From Chloroflexota bacterium (GTDB lineage: Bacteria > Chloroflexota > UBA11872 > VXNJ01), in NCBI GenBank assembly GCA_965261345.1, contig OZ253449.1, positions 960,001 to 1,024,000 on the forward strand: 64,000 nucleotides of DNA, given 5' to 3'. The position numbers were made by a program, and so were the translations under genes. Positions within the stretch are counted from its first letter, which is position 1. Every line of letters starts with the position of its first letter. This document shows, one piece after another, positions 10,260 through 20,009 of this stretch. Under the pieces are notes generated by a model. That model saw only the letters and a program-made list of their open reading frames with translations, was not told the origin of the DNA and did not search any database.

Positions 10260-10853
10260 ATGCGCAGCGGCACGGCCGAGCGGGAGACCGCCGAAACCCA
10301 GATCTCGGTCCGGCTCGATATTGACGGGACGGGCGAATGCGACATTGCCAGCGGGATCCGGTTCTTCGATCACATGCTGGCCCAACTTGCCAAGCACGGC
10401 CTTATCGACCTACAACTGCACGCTCGCGGCGACATTGAAATCGATGGTCACCATACCGTCGAAGACTGTGGCATCGTGCTGGGCCGCGCCCTCGCCCAGG
10501 CCCTGGGCGAGCGGACCGGCATCACTCGCATGGGTGACGCCTGCGTTCCGCTCGATGACGCCCTGGCCCAGGTAGTTGTGGATATTTCGGGTCGCGGGTA
10601 CCTGGCGTTCGATGCCAAATTTGACAATCACCGAGTCGGTGACCTCGACACTCAATTAATCCACGAGTTTCTATATGCGCTGGCCATAAATGCCGGATTG
10701 ACCCTGCACGTCAAGCTGCTTGCCGGTCACAATGACCATCACCGGGCCGAGGCGATGTTCAAAGCCTTAGCCCGAGCCCTGCGGCAGGCGATGGACCTCG
10801 ACGCTCGGCGGGCCGGCCAGGTGCCATCGACCAAGGGAACCTTGGCCGACTAA
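10260..10853 (+). CDS. hisB: Imidazoleglycerol-phosphate dehydratase
   Basis: FFDHML, HHTVED, NDHHRAEA, PSTKG motifs. Confidence 0.96.
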   Translation: MRSGTAERETAETQISVRLDIDGTGECDIASGIRFFDHMLAQLAKHGLIDLQLHARGDIEIDGHHTVEDCGIVLGRALAQALGERTGITRMGDACVPLDDALAQVVVDISGRGYLAFDAKFDNHRVGDLDTQLIHEFLYALAINAGLTLHVKLLAGHNDHHRAEAMFKALARALRQAMDLDARRAGQVPSTKGTLAD

Positions 10854-10876
10854 TTACGAACCGCAAGGCAACCCCC

Positions 10877-11716
10877 ATGCTCATCGGACTGCTGCACGCC
10901 TCGCCGGAACACGCCCGTCTTCCCGGCGCTCGCCAAATCGGTGCCGCGTTGACCGCGGCCGGTTACCGTACCTGGAAGGGGCTGGTTAACGAGCTTGGAG
11001 AATGCCAGGACTCGATCTCCGAATCGGACCTACTCATCTGCCTTGGTGGAGATGGGGCCATGCTGCGGGTCGGATTGGCGGCGGCGGCGGCGGCGGTTCC
11101 CTGTCTTGGAATCAACTTCGGGCGATTGGGGTTCTTGACCGAGTTCGAAGCCAGCGATTTCCTCGGGAAAATCTCCACGATCGATTTTTCGGAGGGCTGG
11201 ATCGAAAAGCGGCTGCTGCTGGACTGGTCGCAGATACGCGACGGCCGGTTGGTCGACAGCGGCCGCGCTCTAAATGACGTAGTTGCCGCGCGCGGAGCGG
11301 TCGCCCGGTTGATCGACGTACTGGTGCGCATCGACCAGGTTGAGGTCCTGGGCTACCGCGCCGACGGGATACTGGTGGCAACCCCGACCGGTACAACTGC
11401 CTATTCCATGGCGCTGCACAGTTCGATCGTTCATCCGGCAGCCGAGGTGATCGCGATATCGCCGATTTGTCCATTCCGGGATGCGGCCAATGGCCTGGTG
11501 GTCGACGCCGGCGCGCGCATCGAAATCGAGGTCACCGGGTTTTCCGAAGCCTGGCTCACGATTGATGGGTCCAACCTGCACCGGCTGCACGACGGCGACC
11601 AGGTCGCCTGTCAGCGCAGCAGCCAAACGGTTCAGTTCCTGCGGTTCGGACCGGCCGATTATTTTTATCGCGATTTGGCCGACCGCCTGCAGCTATCGCC
11701 GCCCAAACAAAGCTGA
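10877..11716 (+). CDS. nadK: NAD(+) kinase
   Basis: GGDG, GRLGFL, ALND, DGILVATPTGTTAYS motifs; adjacent to recN. Confidence 0.93.
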   Translation: MLIGLLHASPEHARLPGARQIGAALTAAGYRTWKGLVNELGECQDSISESDLLICLGGDGAMLRVGLAAAAAAVPCLGINFGRLGFLTEFEASDFLGKISTIDFSEGWIEKRLLLDWSQIRDGRLVDSGRALNDVVAARGAVARLIDVLVRIDQVEVLGYRADGILVATPTGTTAYSMALHSSIVHPAAEVIAISPICPFRDAANGLVVDAGARIEIEVTGFSEAWLTIDGSNLHRLHDGDQVACQRSSQTVQFLRFGPADYFYRDLADRLQLSPPKQS

Positions 11717-13440
11717 TGCTCTCCCGCCTCAGGCTGGGCCAATTCGCGCTGGTCGAACACCTTGAGATAGATCTCTGCGGCGGTCTGAACGTGTTTACTG
11801 GCGATACCGGTGCCGGCAAATCGATCATCGTCAATGCGATTGCCCTGCTCGGCGGTTTTCGCGCCGACAGCGGTTGGGTACGCAGCGGATCCGGTTCAGC
11901 TTTCGTCGAAGGCATTTTCGAACTGGAAACCGGTCACCCGGCCTGGGAGCATCTGCGCCCCCTGGGGATAGAGCCCGAATCCGGCGAACTTATCGTTCGG
12001 CGCGAGATATCGATCCACGGCCGCTCCAACATACGCCTAAACGGTCGAACCGTGCCGCTCAGGGAGCTGACCGCGATCGGTCCCCGACTGGTCGAAGTCA
12101 ACGGCCAGAACCAGCAGTTGGAGCTCCTCCAGCCCAGTGCTCAGCGTCGCTATCTGGATCAATTCGGCAATTCCCACCAACTGTTGGCCGCCTACCGCCG
12201 GCAGCTTGCCACGCTAACCCAGCAACAGGCCGAACTGGATCGATTGGGATCTGACAGCGACCAGCGTGCGCGGGAGATCGACCTGCTCACCTACCAGACC
12301 GAGGAGATCTCCGCGGCGGAGCTGGAAATTGGCCAGGACCAGGCGGTGCTAGATGGGTTGGAGGCGCTCAGCAACCAGGAAACACTCAGCGAACTGGCAA
12401 GCGACGCGCTGGAACGGCTCACCGGACCCGGTGGGGCCGGCAATCGGCTGGCGGCAGTAGTCGGGCAACTGCAGCGCCTGGGCCGACTTAGCCCGGGCCA
12501 GACGCACCTGGCCGAGCAGCTGCTGGCGGCCCAGGAAATCGCCGACGGAATCGCAGCTGAGCTGGCCGGGTACCTTGACCAACTTGAAGATGACCCTGCG
12601 CTTTTGGAGGAGCTGACCGCCCGGATGCGGCTCATCGACGACCTAAAGCACAAGTACGGGCCCAACATCAGCGACATCCTCGCCAGCGGCGAAGCGGCGG
12701 CCGAACGGTTGCTCGAACTCTCCCAGGCTGACCGGAAGGTCGGCGAGCTTGACGCCCGGATCGCCGAAAGCACCCAGGAGCTGTCCAAACGGGCCGCCGC
12801 ACTCTCGGACCGGCGCAGGCTCGCAGCGACCGCGCTGGAGGCCAAAGTCACCCAGAACCTGGAGCAACTGGGCCTGGCGCGCGCGCAATTTAAGGTGCAT
12901 CTAAAACAGATCGCCGAGTCGCGCGGCGGGGTCGTCGGTTATTCGTCCTCAGGGGCAGATGCCGTCAATTTTCAACTGGCGGCCAATCCGGGCGAACCGC
13001 CACGGGCGCTCGGTGATGTGGCATCGGGCGGCGAGATTTCGCGGATCATGCTTGCGCTGCGCTGCGCGCTGCTGGATCGGCGTCTGCCGGCGGCGGTCGT
13101 TTTCGACGAGATTGATGCGGGAGTCGGCGCCCGCCGCGGTATGGTCCTCGGATTCAAGCTCTGGCAGCTGGGCCGACAGGGCCAGGTGATTTGCGTTACT
13201 CATCTGCCGCAGATTCCCGCTTTTGCAGGGCGTCATTTTCTGGTGGCCAAATCAGAATCTAAGGGACGTAGCCAGGTCGCCGTGCAGGTCCTTAATGAAC
13301 CCGCCGCGCGGGCGGAGATCGCCGCCATGGTGGGTAGCGCGGGGGCACACGACTCGGTCACCGAAATCCTCCACCGCGCGCGCCAGCTTTGTCGCCAGCA
13401 CACTCTGCCAGAACCGATCGAGCGGGTCGGCTTGGTCTAG
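11716..13440 (+). CDS. recN: DNA repair protein RecN
   Basis: TGDTGAGKS, ASGGEISR, FDEIDAG, VTHLPQ motifs. Confidence 0.95.
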   Translation: MLSRLRLGQFALVEHLEIDLCGGLNVFTGDTGAGKSIIVNAIALLGGFRADSGWVRSGSGSAFVEGIFELETGHPAWEHLRPLGIEPESGELIVRREISIHGRSNIRLNGRTVPLRELTAIGPRLVEVNGQNQQLELLQPSAQRRYLDQFGNSHQLLAAYRRQLATLTQQQAELDRLGSDSDQRAREIDLLTYQTEEISAAELEIGQDQAVLDGLEALSNQETLSELASDALERLTGPGGAGNRLAAVVGQLQRLGRLSPGQTHLAEQLLAAQEIADGIAAELAGYLDQLEDDPALLEELTARMRLIDDLKHKYGPNISDILASGEAAAERLLELSQADRKVGELDARIAESTQELSKRAAALSDRRRLAATALEAKVTQNLEQLGLARAQFKVHLKQIAESRGGVVGYSSSGADAVNFQLAANPGEPPRALGDVASGGEISRIMLALRCALLDRRLPAAVVFDEIDAGVGARRGMVLGFKLWQLGRQGQVICVTHLPQIPAFAGRHFLVAKSESKGRSQVAVQVLNEPAARAEIAAMVGSAGAHDSVTEILHRARQLCRQHTLPEPIERVGLV

Positions 13441-13562
13441 GCCGGAGTTCGGGCCGGACCTGCCATTTGGCACCGAATCGGATTATTCGGCGGCGCCAGC
13501 GGTCAAATCGAGATAGCCCTTAAGGTGAGAATTTGTCCACCAGCAGAGCAGAAAGCACACCA

Positions 13563-14927
13563 ATGCCACAAGGCCCCAACGTCGTTGTGCTCATCGCCGA
13601 CGACCATCGCCACGACTGCCTGGGGAGCGCCGGGCACCGCCAGGTCAAAACCCCGCAGTTGGATCGCCTGGCCAATGCCGGGACGCGGTTTAGCCGGGCC
13701 TACATGCAGGGGTCGACCGCCGGCGCGGTTTGTATGCCTTCGCGGGCCATGCTAATGACCGGGGCGGGGTTGTTCAACGTGTTCGCCGAAGGCCAGGACG
13801 ATCCCGGTTACTACCCGATTCGCGATGATCTCCCGTTGCTGCCCCAGTTGCTGGCCGAGGCCGGATATCAAACCCATGGGATCGGCAAATGGCACAACGG
13901 GCGCGAGAGCTTTACCCGTGGATTCCAGGGCGGGGCCCGGATCATGTTCGGCGGGATGTCCGATCACGATGCGGTTCCGGTCCACGACTTTGACCCCAGC
14001 GGCCTCTACCCGCCCGAGGACTCCTATGAAGCCGAGGGATTCTCATCGGAAATCTGGGCTGAATCGGCGGTCGAATTCATCAATACCCGGGACCGCCAGC
14101 GGCCGTTCTTCCTGTATGTGGCATTTACCGCGCCGCACGACCCCCGCACCCCGCCGCCGTCCTGGCGCGAGATGTATCCGCCTGCGGAGATCGAGCTGCC
14201 CGGCAACTTTGCCAAGGCCCATCAATTTGATCTGGGGATCCAGGATATCCGCGACGAGCACCTGGCCGATCAGCCGCGGCGCGAGTTTGAGGTGCAGCGC
14301 CACATTGCCGAGTACTACGGGATGATCTCGCACCTGGACCACTGCGTTGGACAGATCCTTGACGCAATCAACAGCCAGGGACTGGCGGAAGAGACGATCA
14401 CCGTCTATACCGCCGATCACGGCCTCTCGGTCGGGCAGCACGGACTTTTAGGCAAACAGAATCTCTACGACCACAGCATGCGGGTCCCACTGATCATGCG
14501 CGGGCCCGGCATCGCCCAAGGGTCCACCTGCCCAAGTCTTTGCTACCAACACGATTTGAACCCCACATTGCTCGAACTTGCCGGCGCACCGGTCCCCGAG
14601 CACTGCGATTTCACAAGCTTGGCGGCGGCGCTACGCGACCCCACGGCAATCGTTCACCAAAAGGTCTTTGCCTCCATGCAACTGGAGCGCAGCCCTAACC
14701 CGGAAATCCCGCACCTGCGGATGATTCGGCGCGGCGACCACAAATTGATCCGGACGGCTCACTCCGGGATCGAGCACTGGCAACTCTTCAATCTTGTCCG
14801 CGATCCGCTGGAAACCCAGAATCTGGCCGATCAACCGACCTGGTCTAAGGAATTTGCTAGCTTGCGGCAAGAACTGGCTGCATCCCTGGTTGATGCCGGC
14901 GATCCGCTGGCCCTATCACCCGGCTAA
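13563..14927 (+). CDS. Cys-type sulfatase
   Basis: IADD, CMPSRA, GKWH, APHDP, ADHG motifs. Confidence 0.92.
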   Translation: MPQGPNVVVLIADDHRHDCLGSAGHRQVKTPQLDRLANAGTRFSRAYMQGSTAGAVCMPSRAMLMTGAGLFNVFAEGQDDPGYYPIRDDLPLLPQLLAEAGYQTHGIGKWHNGRESFTRGFQGGARIMFGGMSDHDAVPVHDFDPSGLYPPEDSYEAEGFSSEIWAESAVEFINTRDRQRPFFLYVAFTAPHDPRTPPPSWREMYPPAEIELPGNFAKAHQFDLGIQDIRDEHLADQPRREFEVQRHIAEYYGMISHLDHCVGQILDAINSQGLAEETITVYTADHGLSVGQHGLLGKQNLYDHSMRVPLIMRGPGIAQGSTCPSLCYQHDLNPTLLELAGAPVPEHCDFTSLAAALRDPTAIVHQKVFASMQLERSPNPEIPHLRMIRRGDHKLIRTAHSGIEHWQLFNLVRDPLETQNLADQPTWSKEFASLRQELAASLVDAGDPLALSPG

Positions 14928-14982
14928 TTCGCCGGACCGGCGAGGGCCGAACTAGACTCGAAAACGTTGGCGGCATGGCACG

Positions 14983-16335
14983 GTGGGGGACTGGCTGGCG
15001 CAATCGGCTCCTTACCCAGAACGCGGCTCAGCGCTTTTCGATCTCATCGACCGAACGGCTGGGCGGGCGCGCTTAATCGCGATGGTCGCCGGCCTTCCGA
15101 CGACCATCGCGGCGATGCTGGCCGCGGGCGGTCTGGCTGCCGCCCTGGCCCGAAGCGGTCCGTCCTGGTTGGCCCCGTTAACGATCGGACTTGGCATCGT
15201 GGGGCCAACCGCCTGGCTGTGGTACAAAACCCGGCAGAAACCGGCCGTTATCGATCTGGCCCGACGGTTGGACCGGGCCAACCAGACAAACGAACTGCTC
15301 TCGTCGGCGATTGCCGCCCGCAACGCAAGTTCAACGATGCTCCCGGAGGTCCGGCGGCAGGCCGAACTTGCCGCCCGACAGCTGCCGGCGTCCTCAATCG
15401 GACACCTGCGTCCCGCCCCCGCCGGCGGCGCCGGCCTGGGCGCCGCTTTGGTCCTTTTCGGGTTGCTAACCAGCCTGCAAGTGGACCCCGGCAGATCCGC
15501 TGCCCCCACCCCGGCCCCGTCGAACTCGAGTCCGCTGGCAACCGATGTGTTGCCCAACCAGAAGGACCAGATGCGGTCGGCGGCTCAGCAGCTGCGCACG
15601 GCGCTCGATCCATACGCCCTTGAGCGGGCCGAAACACTCGGCCGGATCGCCGAAACCCTGGTCGACGAACCAATTACCCGCAGCGCCGGGCGGGCGCTGG
15701 CGGGCGGCGACCTTGACGCCGCCAGCGCAGAGTTGGCAAAGCTCGCCGACGCCATCGGCGAACTCAACCCCAGCGAGCGCGCCGCCCTGCAAGCAGCCCT
15801 GGCCAGCGCCAGCGCCAGCGCCGGGTCCGATCCACTGCTTACGCAACCGTTGCTATCCGCCATCGAAGGGCTAGAGCAGCACCGACTGGGATCGGCCGCG
15901 GCCGGACTGGACGAGCTGGCTGCGGCCCTAACCGGCGCCGCCCAGCAAATGGCCGCCCAGGAATCATTGCAATCGCGACTGCAGGACCTAGATGACCAGC
16001 TCAATCTAAGCGACCCGGTCGCCGCCCCGGGCGGCGACCCGACCACTGGCGGGCGGGCCCCCGGTTCCGGTCCCGGCCTGGCCGCCCCGGGCGTTGGTTC
16101 GATCGTCCGGATTTCGGCCGCTGGAGTGTTGGAGATCGTGCCCCTGGCGGCAGAATCCGAACCGGCAAGAATCGAGCGCCGGCAACTGCAGCCCGGGATC
16201 GAGAAGCAGCCGGACCGCAATCCGTCGGCCGGAGTGTTCGGGTTCGCCCAGCCAGGACCGGCGCCGCGCAGCCCCAATTCGCCGGAAGAGCGCGCTTTGC
16301 TGCAGTCCTACTATGCGGATCCAGATGCAACCTAG
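14983..16335 (+). CDS. Membrane-anchored helical hypothetical protein heading the MoxR operon
   Basis: N-terminal TM segments, Ala/Leu/Gln helical region, overlaps the MoxR start. Confidence 0.7.
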   Translation: MGDWLAQSAPYPERGSALFDLIDRTAGRARLIAMVAGLPTTIAAMLAAGGLAAALARSGPSWLAPLTIGLGIVGPTAWLWYKTRQKPAVIDLARRLDRANQTNELLSSAIAARNASSTMLPEVRRQAELAARQLPASSIGHLRPAPAGGAGLGAALVLFGLLTSLQVDPGRSAAPTPAPSNSSPLATDVLPNQKDQMRSAAQQLRTALDPYALERAETLGRIAETLVDEPITRSAGRALAGGDLDAASAELAKLADAIGELNPSERAALQAALASASASAGSDPLLTQPLLSAIEGLEQHRLGSAAAGLDELAAALTGAAQQMAAQESLQSRLQDLDDQLNLSDPVAAPGGDPTTGGRAPGSGPGLAAPGVGSIVRISAAGVLEIVPLAAESEPARIERRQLQPGIEKQPDRNPSAGVFGFAQPGPAPRSPNSPEERALLQSYYADPDAT

Positions 16336-17320
16336 CGATCACTCGGCCCAGGCGGCAATCCTGGCGGTCGGCGAGTTGATCGGCGTCCTGCGATCCCAGA
16401 TCGCGCGCGCGCTAGTGGGCCAACAACGGGTCGTCGACCAGGTGCTGATCGCCCTGCTCTGCGGCGGACACTGCCTGCTGGAAGGGGCCCCGGGGCTGGG
16501 CAAGACATTGTTGGTGCGGGCTTTGGCACAGAGCCTTGAACTCGACTTTGCGCGGGTGCAATTTACCCCCGACCTGATGCCGGCCGATATAACCGGTACC
16601 AATTTCGTGCGTGAAAACGCCGCCGGCCAGATCTATTTCAACTTTGAACACGGCCCCCTGTTTGCCGAGGTGCTGCTAGCCGACGAGATCAACCGGGCCA
16701 CTCCACGAACTCAATCGGCCCTGCTTGAAGCAATGGCCGAGGGCTCGGTTACCGTCGGTTCGCAGACTCACCCGCTGCCCGACTGCTTCTTCGTTTTGGC
16801 CACCCAGAACCCGATCGAGATGGAGGGGACCTATCCACTGCCCGAGGCGCAATTGGACCGATTTTTCTTCAAGATTCAGGTGGACATGCCGACCGGGGAC
16901 CAGATCCTGGAGATCCTCGAACGTACAACCAGCAACCACGACCTGGTTCTGCGGCCGGTGGCTAACCGGCAGGACGTTGCCCGCTGCCAGCGGATTGTGC
17001 GCTCGGTGGTCTTGGCCCCGCACGTTGCCGGGTACGCCGTCGACCTGGTTACCGCAACCCATCCCGGAACGGATGCCCCATCAATTACCAACCGTTTTGT
17101 TCGCTATGGCGCCTCGCCGCGTGGCGCCCAGGCGCTGGTGCTGGCCGCCAAGGTGGCCGCCCTACTGGATGGTCGTCCACAGGTATCGTTCGAGGATGTT
17201 CGGACCCATCTCAAACCGGCCCTGCGGCACCGTCTGGTGCTCGGGTTCGAGGCCGAGGCCGAGGGGGTGGACGGCGATCAAATCCTCGATGAGATCGCCA
17301 TGGCCACCCGCCCCCGCTGA
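16325..17320 (+). CDS. moxR: MoxR family AAA+ ATPase
   Basis: GAPGLGKT, QFTPDLMPAD, ADEINRA, ATQNPIEMEGTYPLPEAQLDRF. Confidence 0.95.
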   Translation: MQPSDHSAQAAILAVGELIGVLRSQIARALVGQQRVVDQVLIALLCGGHCLLEGAPGLGKTLLVRALAQSLELDFARVQFTPDLMPADITGTNFVRENAAGQIYFNFEHGPLFAEVLLADEINRATPRTQSALLEAMAEGSVTVGSQTHPLPDCFFVLATQNPIEMEGTYPLPEAQLDRFFFKIQVDMPTGDQILEILERTTSNHDLVLRPVANRQDVARCQRIVRSVVLAPHVAGYAVDLVTATHPGTDAPSITNRFVRYGASPRGAQALVLAAKVAALLDGRPQVSFEDVRTHLKPALRHRLVLGFEAEAEGVDGDQILDEIAMATRPR

Positions 17321-17334
17321 TCTAGGGCGGGGCG

Positions 17335-18213
17335 ATGGCAGCCACTGACCGCGCGGGCGGCCTGCCGCTGGGACTGCTTGTCCAGCTCGAAAACATCAAT
17401 ATCGTCAGCCGGCGGCGCCACGACAACACCCGACAGGGCAGTCGGGCATCCCGCCTGATGGGATCCTCGATCGAGTTCTCCGGTTACCGCGGATACGTCC
17501 CTGGCGATGACTGGCGCCACCTGGACTGGAACATCTACGCCCGTTCGCGGCAACTCCAAATCAAGCTGCGCGAAGCCGAGGAGGCGCTGCTGGTCTGGAT
17601 GCTTATTGACGCGAGCGGCTCGATGGCCAAAAAACTGGTCTATTTGCGCCAGATCGCCCTGGCCCTGGCCCACGTTGCCCTAACCGGTGGCGACCAGGTG
17701 CGCCTGGTCGGCATCCAGGATGGTCGCGCCACTCCGCTGTTAGAGCTCTTCGGGCGCGAACCGCTCTCTACGCTGGAGCGCAGATTGGCCGAAGTTACCG
17801 CCGGCGGCGAAACCGATCTGGCGCGCGCCGCCGCACAACTTCGGACCCGAGGAGGTCCGCACGGAGTCTGCTGCCTGATCTCGGACCTCCAAGATAAAGA
17901 CAGTCGCAGGGCCGTGGCCGAATTGGCCGAAGCCGGCCACGAGGTCTGGGTCCTCCATTTACTTGATAGGGCCGACCGCGATCCCAACGTGCCCGACGCG
18001 GCGGTGCTAATCGACGCCGAAACCGGATCCCGGTTGACTCTTGACGGATCGCGCGACCCGCTGGTGGCCTATCGTGCCAATCTGGCCCTTTGGGCCACCC
18101 AGCTGGAACGCTACTGCCGGCAAATCGGCGTCCACTACGTCCAACTCGATTGCGAGCGAGGTCCCTCGGTGGCCATCCTCGGGACGCTGCGGCGGGCGGG
18201 GCTGTTGCGGTGA
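17335..18213 (+). CDS. DUF58 domain protein
   Basis: EFSGYRGYVPGDDWRHLDW, IDASGSM, LISD motifs. Confidence 0.9.
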   Translation: MAATDRAGGLPLGLLVQLENINIVSRRRHDNTRQGSRASRLMGSSIEFSGYRGYVPGDDWRHLDWNIYARSRQLQIKLREAEEALLVWMLIDASGSMAKKLVYLRQIALALAHVALTGGDQVRLVGIQDGRATPLLELFGREPLSTLERRLAEVTAGGETDLARAAAQLRTRGGPHGVCCLISDLQDKDSRRAVAELAEAGHEVWVLHLLDRADRDPNVPDAAVLIDAETGSRLTLDGSRDPLVAYRANLALWATQLERYCRQIGVHYVQLDCERGPSVAILGTLRRAGLLR

Positions 18214-20009
18214 CCCTGTTGGCGTCCGGGGCGCTGGCCTGGTTGCTGCTGGCGATCCTGTTTTGGGTCCTGCATCGCCTGCGCCCACCTTTGCCGCAGA
18301 TCGTGGTGCCCTCATTGCGGCCCTACTTGATGCCCGATCCAGGCGGCCGGAGAGGTTTTTGGGAATGGCTGCGACGTCACCTGTCGCTTATCTTGCAGTT
18401 GATCTGTCTGACGGCGTTGGCGCTAGCCCTGGCGCGACCGCAGTTATTAATTGGGCCGGATATGCGGCAATTGGTGGTAAGCGTGGTCCAACCAGGGCTC
18501 GATCCCACTCCGCTCGCCGATGCCCTCGCCGCCTGGCCAAACGCCCGCCACGCCCTGGTTCTGGCCCAGCCACATCCACGGATCCAACTCGGCGACGCCA
18601 GTCCCGGACAGATCCTCGACACCCTGGCCGAGATTCCTCCCGCAAATGGTGGCGGCGATCTGGCGGCGGCCCTGACCGCCGCGGCGGGTTTAATGTCCGC
18701 CCATCAAAACACCCACGGCCTAGTGCTTGCCCGTGCTGCCGACCAACTGGTGCAAACCTCCGATCAGCACTGGCAGGTGCTCTCTCCGGCGGTCCCGCTC
18801 CGTCCCCAGATCGACCGGTTAAATTCCCGACTGGCCGGGGACGGACGCGCCTTCGTTTTTTATGAGGTTGCCGGACCGCCGGGGGCAGGTTATGAAATCC
18901 TGCTCGAGGCGCAACCCTGGCCAACCGTTCCGCCGCCGGCTCGGGTTGGAGCGACCGTCAGCTCGATAGCGTCGGGACAATTTCCCGAGTCAATGGTGGT
19001 GCGCGGCATTGTCGCTGCCGGGTCGCCGGCCGACCAGCAGCGGCTCTGGTTGCGCAGCCCGCTCCTTTCGGAACCGGCTCAGGCTGTGATCGGTCCCTTG
19101 ACCGAATTGCCGCACGGCCGGGTTTACATCGATGCCGCAACCCCCGAACCCTGGCAGCGGGCGGCCGAGGCGGCTGGTCACACCTTAGCCGATGGCCCCG
19201 ATGATGATTTTGAAATAGCACTTTACGTTGGCCGACTCCCCGAGCGGCTGCCCGCCGCCGGCATCGTCCTAATCGACCCACCCGAGGACGCCAACCTGCT
19301 TGAGCGCGGCGAGCTGGCAAACGATCTGGCATTGGCAAATCCGGCCAACCGCCTTCTTTCCGACCTGCCGTTGGCAGCCATGGGCGGTCCCTTTCGGCCG
19401 CTGCAGGCCCCGCCCGGGACAGACAGTGCGGCCCTGGCCAGCACCGGTTCGCTGCTGTGGCAGGGACGCCTGGCCGACCGCGAGGTTGTGGCGATGGCAA
19501 TTGATCCGGCAACGGCATTGGCTGGGCAGAGCGCCTTTCCAACCCTGGTTCAACGATTGCTAGCGCAAGTCGACCCGCTGGATCCGCTTCAACCCGGCGT
19601 GATCGCCCGGGTTGTGGCGCCGGGTACCTTGCGCCCCCACCCGGAAGCCGACCTTCTGGTCGTCGTCGACCCGGGCGGGGCGATCACGCAGACCCACCGA
19701 TTGAATCCGGCGCATTCCCTCACTCCGGACGCGATCGAATTGCGATCGGCCGGACAACGCCTCACCTGGACGCCTCAACGGATCGGGCTTCACTGGATGA
19801 TCCAATCCAGTGATGGCCAGCAGATCTCCCGAACGCCAATTTGGGTGCAGAACGGCAGTCCGGGATACCTGAGCGGATCCGGCGGCGGCGCCCTCGCTCT
19901 TGCCGGCGGAGGCCAAACGGCGGCGGCCTGGCCTTGGCTGGCGTTCCTCGCGCTTGCCGGGTTGATCGCCGAATGGACCTGGTTTCATCGCCGGCGGGCT
20001 GCCTTCTGA
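18210..20009 (+). CDS. BatA-like N-terminal domain membrane protein with degenerate VWA
   Basis: N-terminal LH..R..VPS and LALALARP; C-terminal TM ending AEW..RRR; GTGA overlap with upstream gene. Confidence 0.75.
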   Translation: MTLLASGALAWLLLAILFWVLHRLRPPLPQIVVPSLRPYLMPDPGGRRGFWEWLRRHLSLILQLICLTALALALARPQLLIGPDMRQLVVSVVQPGLDPTPLADALAAWPNARHALVLAQPHPRIQLGDASPGQILDTLAEIPPANGGGDLAAALTAAAGLMSAHQNTHGLVLARAADQLVQTSDQHWQVLSPAVPLRPQIDRLNSRLAGDGRAFVFYEVAGPPGAGYEILLEAQPWPTVPPPARVGATVSSIASGQFPESMVVRGIVAAGSPADQQRLWLRSPLLSEPAQAVIGPLTELPHGRVYIDAATPEPWQRAAEAAGHTLADGPDDDFEIALYVGRLPERLPAAGIVLIDPPEDANLLERGELANDLALANPANRLLSDLPLAAMGGPFRPLQAPPGTDSAALASTGSLLWQGRLADREVVAMAIDPATALAGQSAFPTLVQRLLAQVDPLDPLQPGVIARVVAPGTLRPHPEADLLVVVDPGGAITQTHRLNPAHSLTPDAIELRSAGQRLTWTPQRIGLHWMIQSSDGQQISRTPIWVQNGSPGYLSGSGGGALALAGGGQTAAAWPWLAFLALAGLIAEWTWFHRRRAAF